Origin: the human T2T-CHM13v2.0 reference genome, Homo sapiens
Length of the DNA: 64,000 nucleotides
NCBI RefSeq assembly: GCF_009914755.1
Contig: NC_060933.1
Reading direction: 5' to 3' (one strand)
The notes below the pieces were generated by a model. The model did not search any database. It was not told the origin of the DNA and was given only the letters and a program-made list of their open reading frames with translations. Numbering within the stretch: the first letter of the stretch is position 1; the number at the start of each line of letters is the position of its first letter. Below are positions 45,171-57,000 of this stretch, one piece after another. The position numbers and the translations under genes were made by a program.

Positions 45171-45200
45171 CCATTCCATTCCGTGTGCAATGGAATGGAA
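45171..45200. other. Satellite inversion breakpoint (C-rich to G-rich switch) with 2-bp CC overlap at 45181-45182
   Basis: Sequence reads ...ccattccatt CC gtgtgcaatggaatggaa... ORF 44765..45391 switches from IPFHS to MEWNG repeats here. An intact donor context, atgaacccgtgtgcaatgg...tgggttcaact, is seen at ~51476-51580. Confidence 0.95.
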
Positions 45201-46399
45201 TGGAATGGAATGGAATGGAATGGGTTCAACTAGAATGGAATGGAAAGGAATGGAATCAACCCGAGTGGAATGGCATGGAATGGAATGGAATGGAATGGAA
45301 TGGAATGGAAAGCAATGGAATGAAATGGAATGGAAGGGAATGGATTGAAATGGAATGCGAATGGAATGGAATCAACCCGAGTGCAATGTAATGGAATTGA
45401 ATGGAATGGAATGGAATGCAATGGAATGAGTTCAACCCGAATGGAATGGAAAGGAATGGAATAAACCCGAGTGGAATGGCATGGAATGGAGTGGAATGGA
45501 ATGGAATGGAATACTACGGAAGAGAATGGAATGGAACGAAATGGAATGGAATGGAATGGAATGGAATGGAATGGAATGGAATGAACACGTGAGCAATTGA
45601 ATGGAATCGAATGGAATAGAATGGAATGGAATGGATTCAACTCGAATGGAATGGAAAGGAATGGAATCAACCCGAGTGGAATGGCATGGAATGGAATGGA
45701 ATGGAATGGAACGGAATGGAATGGAATCAACTCGATTGCAAAGGAATGTAATGGAATGGAATGGAACGGAATTAACGCAAATAGAATGGAATGGAAAGGA
45801 ATGGAACGGAATGGAATGGAAAGAAATGGAATGGAATCAATCTGAGTGCAGGGGAATGCAATGGAATGGAATGCAATGGAATGGAATGGAATGGAATGCA
45901 ATGGAATCACCTCGATTGCAATGGGATGGAATGGAATGGAATGGAATGGAAGGGAATGGAATGGAGTGGAATTAACCTGAACAGAATGGAATGGAATGGA
46001 ATGGAATGGAATGGAATGCAATGGAATGGAATCAATCAACCCGAGTGCAATAGAATGCAGTGGAATGGAATGGAATGGAATGGAATGGAATGGCAGGGAA
46101 TGGAATGAAATGGAATGGCAGGGAATGGAATGGAATCAACCCGAGTGCAAAGGAATGGAATGGAATGGAATGGAATGGAATGGAATGGAATGGAATGGTA
46201 CGGAATAGAATGGAATGGAAAGTAATGGAATGGAATGGAATGGAATGGAATGGAATCAACCTGAGTGCAATGGAATGGAGTGGAATGGAATGTAATGGAA
46301 TGGAAAAAACCCGAATGGAATGGAATGTAATGGAGTGTAAGGGAATTGAATACAATCAATCCGAATGTAATGGAATGGAATGGAACGGAATGGAATGGA

Positions 46400-49300
46400 A
46401 CGGAATGCAGTGGAATGGAATCAAACCTAGTGCAATGGAATGGAATGGAATGGAATGGAATAAAATGGAATGGAATGGAATGGAATGGAATGGAATGGAT
46501 TGGATTCAACCCAAATGGAATGGAAAGCAATGGAATCAACCCGAGTGGAATGGCATGGAATGGAATGGAATGGAATGGAATGGAATGGAATGGAATGGTA
46601 CAGAATAGAATGGAATGGAATGAAATGGAATGGAATGGAATGGAATGGAATGGAATGGAACGGAATGGAATGGAATCAACTCGATTGCAATGCAATGTAA
46701 TGCAATGGAATGGAATGGAATTAACGCGAATAGAATGGAATGGAATGTAATGGAACGGAATGGAATGGAATGGGATGGAATGGAATCAATCTGAGTGCAG
46801 GGGAATGGAATGGAATGGAATGCAATGGAATGGAATGGAATGGAATGGAATGCAATGGAATCAACTAGATTGCAATGGGATGGAATGGAATGGAATGGAA
46901 TGGAAGGGAATGGAATGGAATGGAATTAACCTGAACAGAATGGAATGGAATGGAATGGAACGGAATGGAAGGGAATGGAATGGAATGGAATTAAGCTGAA
47001 GAGAATGGAATGAAATGGAATGGAACGGAATGGAATGGAATGGAATGGAATGGAATGCAATGGAATGGGATCAACCCGAGTGCAGGGGAATGGAATGGAA
47101 TGGAATGCAATGGAATGGAATCAATCAACCCGAGTGCAATAGAATGCAGTGGAATGGAATGGAATGGAACGGAAAGTACCCGAATGGAAAGGAATGTAAT
47201 GGAGTGTAAGGGAATTAAAAAGAATCAATCCGAATGTAATGGAATGGAAGGGAACGGAATGGAATGGAATGGAATGGAATGGAATGGAATGGAATGAAAT
47301 GGAATGGCATGGAATGGAATGGAATCAACCTGAGTTCAATGGAATGGAATGGAATGGAATGGAATGGATTCAACCCGAATGGAATGGAAAGGAATGGAAT
47401 AAACCCGAGTGAAATGGCATGGAAGGGAATGGAATGGAATGGAATGGTAAGGAATAGAATGGAATGGAACGAAATGGAATGGAATGGAATGGAATGGAAT
47501 GGAATGAACCCGTGTGCAATGGAATGGAATGGAATGGAATGGAATGGAATGGAATGGAATGGAATGGAACGGAATAGAATGGAATGGAACGAAATGGAAT
47601 GGAATGAAATGGAATGGAATGGAATGGAATGGAATGGAATCAACCCGAGTGCAGGGGAATGGAATGGAATTGAAGGCAATGGAATGGAATCATATGGAAT
47701 TGAATGGAATGGAATGGAATCAAATCGATTGCAATGGAATGGAATGGAATGGAATGGAATGGAATGGAATGGAATGGAATGGAATGGAATTAACCCGAAT
47801 AGAATGGAATTGAATGGAATGGAATGTATTGGAAGTAAATGGAATGGAATGTAATGAGCGCGAGGGCAGGGGAATGGAATGGAATGGAATGCAATGGAAT
47901 TGAGTCATCCGGAATGGAACAGAAAGGAATGGAATGGAATCAACCCGTGTGCAATGGAATGGAAAGGAATGGAATGGAATGGAATGGAATGGAAAGGATT
48001 CAACCCGCATGGAATGGAAAGGAAGGGAATCAACCCAAGTGGAATGGCATGGAATGGAATGGAATGGAATGGAATGGAATGGTACCGAATAGAATGGAAT
48101 GGAACGAAATGGAATAGAATGGAATGGAATGGTATGGAAACAACCCGAATGGAATGGAATGAAATGGACTGTAAGGGAATTGAATACAATCAATCCGAAT
48201 GTAATGGAATGGAATGGAACGGAATGGAATGGAATGGAATGGAATGCAGTGGAATGGAATCAAACCTAGTGCAATGGAATGGAATGGAATGGAATGGAAT
48301 GGAATGGAATGGAATGGATTCAACCCAAATGGAATGGAAAGCAATGGAATCAACGTGAGTGGAATGGCATGGAATGGAATGGAACGGAATGGAATGGAAT
48401 GGAATGGAATGGAATGGAATGGAATGGTACGGAATAGAATGGAATGGAACGAAATGGAATGGAATGGAATGGAATGGAACGGAAAGGAATGGAATCAACT
48501 CGATTGCAATGGAATGCAATGGAATGGAATGGAATGCAATTAAAGCGAATAGAATGGAATGGAATGGAACGGTATGGAATGGAATGGAATGGAATGGAAT
48601 CGAATGGAATCAACCTGAGTGCAGGGGAATGGAATGGAATGGAATGCAATGGAATGTAATGGAATGGAATGCAATGGAAACAACTCGATTGCAATGGAAT
48701 GGAATGGAATGGAATGGAAGGAAAGGAATGGAATGGAATTAACCTGAACAGAATGGAATGGAATGGAATGGAACGGAATGGAATGGAATGGATTCAACCC
48801 GAATGGAATGGAAAGGAATGGAATAAACCCGAGTGGAATGGCATGGAATGGAATGGAATGGAATGGAATGGTACGGAATAGAACCGAATGGAACGAAATG
48901 GAATGGAATGGAATAGAATGGAATGGAATGGAATGCAGTCAACCTGAGTGCAATGGAATGGAATGGAATGGAATGGAACGGAATGGAAACAACCCGAATG
49001 GAATGGAATGTAATGGAGTGTAAGGAATTGAATACAATCAATCGGAATGTAATGGAATGGAATGGAACGGAATGGAATGGAATGGAATGCAGTGGAATGG
49101 AATCAAACCTAGTGCAATGGAATGGAATGGAATGGAATGGAATGCAATGGAATGGATTGGATTCAACCCAAATGGAATGGAAAGCAATAGAATCAACCCG
49201 AGTGGAATGGCATGGAATGGAATGGAATGGAATGGAATGGAATGGAATGGAATGGTACGGAATAGAATGGAATGGATCGAAATGGAATGGAATGGAATGG

Positions 49301-51020
49301 AATGGAACGGAATGGAATGGAATCAACTCGATTGCAATGGAATGTAATGGAATGGAATGGAATGGAATGGAATTAACGCGAATAGAATGGAATGGAATGG
49401 AATGGAAAGGAATGGGATGGAATGGAATCAATCTGAGTGAAGGGGAATGGAATGGAATGGAATGCAATGGAATGGAATCATCCGGAATGGAATGGAATGG
49501 AATGGAATGGAATGGAATGGAATTAACACGAATAGAATGGAATGGAATGGAATGGAATGGAATGGAATGGAATGGAATGGAATGGAATGGAATGGAATCA
49601 ACTCGATTTCAATGGAATGGAATGGAACGGAATGGAATGGAATGGAATGGAATGGAATGGAATGGAATAGAATGGAATCCACCCGACTGCAGGGGAATGG
49701 AATGGAATAGAATGCAATGGAATGGAATCATACGGAATGGAATCGAATGGAATGGAATGGAATGGAATGGAATGGAATGGAATGGAAACAACCCGAATGG
49801 AATGGAATGTGATGGAGTGTAAGGGAATTGAATAGAATCAATCCGAATGTAATGGAATTGAATGGAACGGAATGGAATGGAAAGGAATGTAATGGAATGG
49901 AATGGAATGCAATGGAATGGGATCAACCCGAGTGCAATGGAATGGAATCGAAAGGAATGGAATGGAATGGAAAGGCTTCACCCCGAATGGAATGGAAAGG
50001 AATGGAATCAACCCGAGTGGAATGGAATGGAATGGAATGGAATGGAATGGAATGGAATGCAATGGAATGGAACGGAATGGAATCAACCCGATTGCAATGA
50101 AATTGAATGGAATGGAATGGAATGGAATGGAATTAACCCGAATAGAATGGAATGGAATGGAATGGAATGGTATGGAATGGAATGGAACGGAATGGAATGG
50201 AATGGAATTGAATGGAATCAACCCGGGTGCAGGGAATGCAATTGAATGGAAGGCAATGGAATGCAATCATCCGGAATGGAATGGAATGGAATGGAATGGA
50301 ATGGAATGGTTTCAACCCGAATGGAATGGAATGGAATGGAATCAACCCGAGTGGAATGGCATGGAATGGAATGGAATGGAATGGAATGGAATGGAATGGA
50401 ATGGTATGGAATAGAATGGAATGGAACGAAATGGAATGGAAGGGAATGGAATGGAATGGAATGGAATCAACCCGACTGCAATGGAATGGAGTGGAATGGA
50501 ATGGAATGGAATGGAAACAACCCGAATGGAATGGAATGAAATGGAGTGTAAGGGAATTGAATACAATCAATACGAATGTAATGGAATGGAATGGAACGGA
50601 ATGGAATGGAAAGGAATGGAATGGAATGCAGTGGAATGGAATCAATCCTAGTGCAATGGAATGGAATGCAATGGAATGGAATGGAATGGAATGGAATGGA
50701 ATGGAATGGAATGGATTCAACCCAAATGGAATGGAAAGCAATGGAATCAACCCGAGTGGAATGGCATGGAACGGAATGGAATGGAATGGTATGGAATAGA
50801 ATGGAATGGAAAGAAATGGAATGGAATGGAATGGAATGGAACGGAGTGGAATGGAAAGGAATGGAATGGAATGGAATGGAATAGAATGGAATGGAACGAA
50901 ATGGAATGGAATGGAACAGAATGGAATGGAATCAATCAGAGTGGAATAGAAGGGAATGCATTCGAGTAGAATGGAAAGGAATGGAATCAACCAGAGTGGA
51001 ATGGAAGGGAATGGAATGGA
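46400..51020 (-). repeat. Right arm of an imperfect multi-kb inverted repeat (pairs with ~38440-44800)
   Basis: The same diagnostic variants occur in reverse-complement and in reversed order. The arms contain unshared blocks, e.g. 47640-48130 has no left counterpart that I could find. Confidence 0.8.
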
Positions 51021-54000
51021 ATGGAAACTAATAGAATGGAATCAACACGAGTGGAATGGAATGGAAAGGACTGGAATGGAATGGAATGGAATGGAATGGA
51101 ATGGAATGGAATCAACTCGATTGTAATGGAATGGAATGGAATGGAACGGAATAGAATGGAATGGAATGTAATGGAGTGTAAGGGAATTAAAAAGAATCAA
51201 TACGAATGTAATTGAATGGAATGGAACGGAATAGAATGGAATGGAATGGAATGGAATGGAATGAAATGGAATGGCATGGAATGGAATGGAATCAACCCGA
51301 GTGCAATGGAATGGAATCGAATGGAATGGAAGGGAATGGAATGGATTGAACCCGAATGGAATGGAAAGGAATGGAATAAACCCGAGTGGAATGGCATGGA
51401 ATGGAATGGAATGGAATGGAATGGTACGGAATAGAGTGGAAAAAAACGAAATGGAATGGAATGGAATGGAATGGAATGAACCCGTGTGCAATGGAATGGA
51501 ATGGAATGGAATGGAATGGAATGGGTTCAACTCGAAAGGAATGGAAAGGAATGGAATCAACCCGAGTGGAATGGCATGGAATGGAATGGAATGGAATGGT
51601 ATGGAATGGAATGGAGTGGAATGGAATGGAATGGAATGGAATGGAATGGAATGAACCCAACTGTAATGTAATGGAATCGAATGGAATGGAATGGAATGGA
51701 ATGGATTCAACCCAAATGGAATGGAAAAGAATGGAATCAACCCGAGTGGAATGGCATGGAATGGACTGGAATGGAATGGAATGGAATGGAATGGTACGGA
51801 ATAGAATGGAATGGAACGAAATGGAATGGAATGGAATGGAATGGAATGGAATGGAATGAACCCGTGTGCAATGGAATGGAATCGAATGGAATGGAATGGA
51901 ATGCAAAGGATACAACTCGAATGGAATGGAAAGGAATGAAATCAACCCGAGTGGAATGGCATGGACTGGAATGGAATGGAATGGCATGGAATGGAATGGA
52001 ATTGAATGGTACGGAATAGAATCGAATGGAACGAAATGGAATGGAATGGAATGGAATGGAATGGAATGGAAACAACCCGAGTGCATGGTAATGGAATGGA
52101 ATGGAAGGCAATGGAATGGAATCATCCGGAATGGAATGGAATGGAATGGAATGGAATGGAATGGAATGGAATGGAATGGAATGGAATCAACTCGATTGAA
52201 ATGGAATGGAATGGAATGGAATGGAATGGAATTAACCCGGATAGAATCGAATGGAATGGAATGGAATGGAATGGAATGGAATGGAATGGAAGGGAATGGA
52301 ATGTAATGGAATGGAATGGAATTAACCCGAATAGAATGGAATGGAACAGAAAGGAAGGGAATGGAATGGAATGTAATCAACTCCAGTGCAGGGGAATGCA
52401 ATGGAATGCAATGAAATGGAATGGAGTCATACGGAATGGAAGGGAATGGAATGGAATAAACCAGAGTGCAATGGAATGGAGTGGAATGGAATGGAATAGA
52501 ATGGAAACAACACGAATGGAATAGAATGTAATGGAGTGTAAGGGAATTGAATATAATCAATCCGAATGTAATGGAATGGAACGGAAAGGAATGGAATGGA
52601 ATGGAATGGAATGGAATGGAATGGAATGGAATGAAATGGAATGGCATGGAATGGAATTGAATCAACCCGAGTTCAATGGAATTGAATGGAATGGAATGGA
52701 ATGGAATGGAATGGAATCAACTCGATTGCAATGGAATGGAATGGAATGGGATGGAATGGAATGGAATGGAATTAACCCTAATAGAATGGAATGGAATGGA
52801 ATGGAATGGAAAAGAATGGAATGGAAGGGAATGGAATGGAATGGAATGGAATGGAATTAACCCGAGTTCAATGGAATTGAATGGAATGGAATGGAATGGA
52901 ATGGAATGGAATCAACTCGATTGCAATGGAATGGAATGGAATGGGATGGAATGGAATGGAATGGAATGGAATGGAATTAACCCTAATAGAATGGAATGGA
53001 ATGGAATGGAATGGAATAGAATGGAATGGAAGGGAATGGAATGGAATGGAATGGAATTAACCCGAATAGAATGGAATGGAATGGAATGGAATGGAATGGA
53101 ATCAACTCGATTTCAATGGAATGGAATGGAATGGAATGGAATGCAATGGAAGGGAATGGAATGGAATGGAATGAAATTAACCCGAATATAATGGAATGGA
53201 ATGGAATGGAATGGAATGGAATGGAATAGAATGGAATCCACCCGAGTGCAAGGGAATGGAATGGAATGGAATGCAATGGAATGGAATCATACGGAATGGA
53301 ATGGAATGGAATGGAATGCAATGGAATGGAATGGAATCACCCGATTGAAATGGAATGGAGTGGAATGGAATGGAATGGAATGGAAACAACCCGAAAGGAA
53401 TGGAATGTAATGGAGAGTAAGGGAATTGAATAGAATCAATACGAATGTAATGGAATGGAATGGAACGGAATGGAATGCAATGGAATGGAATGGAATGCAA
53501 TGGAATGGGATCAACCCGATTGAAATGGAATGGAATCGAAAGGAATGGAATGGAATGGAATGGTTTCAACCCGAATGGAATGGAAAGGAATGGAATCAAC
53601 CCGAGTGGAATGCAATGGAATGGAATGGAATGGAATGGGTTCAACTCGAATGGAATGGAAAGGAATGAAATCAACCCGAGTGGAATGGCATGGAATGGAA
53701 TGGAATGGAATGGAAGGGAATGGAATGGAATGGAATTAACCTGAAGAGAATGGAAGGGAATGGAATGGAACGGAACGGAATGGAATGGAATGGAATGGAA
53801 TGGAATGGAATGCAATGGAATGGGATCAACCCGAGTACAGGGGAATGGAATGCAATGGAATGCAATGGAATGGAATCATCCCGAATGGAATGGAATGGAA
53901 TGGAATGCAATGGAATGGAATCAATCAACCCGAGTGCAATAGAATGCAGTGGAGTGAAATGGAATGGTATGGAAACTACCCGAATGGAATAGAATGTAAT

Positions 54001-57000
54001 GCAGTGTAAGGGAATTAAAAAGAATCAATCCGAATGTAATGGAATTGAATGGAACGGAATGGAAAGGAATGGAATGGAATGGAATGGAACGGAATTAACC
54101 CGAATAGAATGGAAAGGAATGGAATGGAATGGAATGGAATGGAATGGAATGGAATGGAACGGAAAAGAATGGAATGGAACGAAATGGAATGGAATGAAAT
54201 GGAATGGAATGGAATGGAATGGAATGGAATGGAATGGAATGGAATCAACCCGAGTGCAGGGGAATGGAATGGAATTGAAGGCAATGGAATGGAATCATCC
54301 GGAATTGAATGGAATGGAATGGAATCAACTCGATTGCAATGGAATGCAATGGAATGCAATGGAATGGAATGGAATGGAATGGAATGGAATGGAATGGAAT
54401 GGAAGTAAATGGAATGGAATGTAATGAACCCGAGGGCAGGGGAATGGAATGGAATGGAATGCAATGGAATGGAGTCATCCGGAATGGAACAGAATGGAAT
54501 GGAATGGAATCAACCCGTGTGCAATGGAATGGAAAGGAATGGAATGGAATGGAATGGAATGGAATGGAACGGAATGGATTCAACCCGAATGGAATGGAAA
54601 GGAAGGGAATCAACCCAAGTGGAATGGCATGGAATGGAATGGAATGGAATGGAATGGAATGGTACCGAATAGAATGGAATGGAACGAAATGGAATAGAAT
54701 GGAATGGAATGGTATGGAAACAACCCGAATGGAATGGAATGAAATGGAGTGTAAGGGAATTGAATACAATCAATCCGAATGTAATGGAATGGAATGGAAC
54801 GGAATGGAATGGAATGGAATGGAATGCAGTGGAATGGAACCAAACCTACTGCAATGGAATGGAATGGAATGGAATGGAATGGAATGGAATGGAATGGAAT
54901 GGAATGGATTCAACCCAAATGGAATGGAAAGCAATGGAATCAACCCGAGTGGAATGGCATGGAATGGAATGGAACGGAATGGAATGGAATGGAATGGAAT
55001 GGAATGGAATGGAATGGTACGGAATAGAATGGAATGGAACGAAATGGAATGGAATGGAATGGAATGGAACGGAAAGGAATGGAATGGATTCAACTCGAAT
55101 GGAATGGAAAGGAATGGAATCAACCCGAGTGGAATAGCATGGATTGGAATGGAAAGGAATGGAATGGAATGGTACGGAATAGAGTGGAATGGAACGAAAT
55201 GGAATCGAATGGAATGGAATGGAATGGAATGGAATGGAATGGAACGGAATCAACCCGAGTGCAGGGGAATGGAGTGGAATGGATGCAATGGAATGGAATC
55301 ATCCGGAATGGAATGGAATGGAATGGAATGGAATGGAATGGAATGGAATGGAATCAACCTGAGTGCAGGGGAATGGAATGCAATGGAATGCAATGGAATG
55401 GAATGGAATGGAATGCAAAGGAAACAACTCGATTGCAATGGAATGGAATGGAATGGAATGGAATGGAATGGAATGGAATGGAATGGAATTAACCTGAACA
55501 GAATGGAATGGAATGGAATGCAATGGAACGGAATGGAATGGAATGGAATGGAATGGAATCAACCCGAGTGCAGGGGAATGGAATGGAATGGAATGCAATG
55601 GAATGGATTCATCCGGAATGGAATGGAATGGAATGGAATGCAATGGAATGGAATCAATCAACCCGAGTGCAATGCAATGGAGTGGAATGGAATGGAATGG
55701 AACGGAAACTACCCGAATGGAATGGAATGTAATGGAGTGTAAGGGAATTGAAAAGAATCAATCCGAATGTAATGGAATGGAATGGAACGGAATGAAATGG
55801 AATGGCATGGAATGGAATGGAATCAACCCGAGTTCAATGGAATGGAATTGAACGGAATGGAATGGAAAGGAATGGATTCAACCCGAATGGAATGGAAAGG
55901 AATGGAATGGAATGGAATGGAATGGTACGGAATAGAATAGAATGGAAAGGAATGGAATGGAATGGAATGAAATGGAATGGAATGGAATGGAATGGACCCG
56001 TGTGCAATGGATTCGAATGGAATGGAATGGAATGGAATGGAATGGAATGGAATGGAATGGAATGGTTTCAACTCGAATGGAATGGAAAGGAATGGAATCA
56101 ACCCGAGTGGAATGGCATGGAATGGAATGGAATGGAATGGAATGGAATGGAAAGGAATGGAATAGAATGAAATGGAATGGAATGGAATGGAATGGAAACA
56201 ACACGAGTGCAATGTAATGGAATCGATTGGAATGGAATTGAATGGATAGGAATGGATTCAATCCGAATGGAATGGAAAGGAATGGAATAAACCCGAGAGG
56301 AATAGCATGGAATGGAGTGGAATGGAATGGAATGGAATGGAATGGTATGGAATAGAATGGAATGGAACTAAATGGAATGGAATGGAATGGAATGGAATGG
56401 AATAGAATGAACCCGTGTGCAATGGAATGGAATCGAATGGAATGGAATGGAATGGAATGGATTCAACTCGAATGGAATGGAAAGGAATGGAATCAACCCG
56501 AGTGGAATAGCATGGATTGGAATGGAAAGGAATGGAATGGAATGGTACGGAATAGAGTGGAATGGAACGAAATGGAATGGAATGGAATGGAATGGAATGG
56601 AATGGAATGGAGTGGAATGGAATGGAATCAACCCGAGTGCAGAGGAATGGAGTGGAATGGAAGGCAATGGAATGGAATCATCCGGAATTGAATGGAATGG
56701 AATGGAATGGAATGGAATCAACTCGATTGAAATGGAATGGAATGGAATGGAATGGAGTGGATGGGAATGGAATGGAATGTAATGAACCCGAGTGCAGGGG
56801 AATGGAATGGAATGGAATGCAATGGAATGGAGTCATCCTGAATGGAACGGAATGGAATGGAATGGAATCAACCCGTGTGCAATATAATGGAATCGAAAGG
56901 AATGGAATGGAATGGAATGGATTCAACCCAAATGGAATGAAAAGGAATGGAATAAACCCGAGTGGAATGGCATGGAATGGAGTGGAATGGAATGGAATGG

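Larger units (their letters stand above)
1..45182 (+). repeat. Human Satellite 3 (HSat3/SatIII) array, C-rich (CATTC)n on + strand
   Basis: Continuous ccatt pentamers interspersed with the Sat3 decamer a(c/t)tcgggttg (e.g. cactcgggttgatt at 411, gtactcgggttg at 281). No non-satellite sequence seen. Confidence 0.97.

Noticed and set aside
45171-45200. Mobile element insertion or target-site duplication at the strand switch
   Set aside because: There is no Alu, L1 or other non-satellite sequence, no poly(A) and no TSD. Both sides are fully explained by satellite words.
44765-45391. Chimeric ORF switching from IPFHS to MEWNG repeats
   Set aside because: It only reflects the inversion junction; there is no evidence of a gene.
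38440-51020. Perfect palindrome produced by a sequencing fold-back artefact
   Set aside because: The arms differ by many substitutions, pentamer counts and kb-scale unshared blocks, and the switch point is off-centre. This is unlike a read fold-back, though raw-read support should still be checked.
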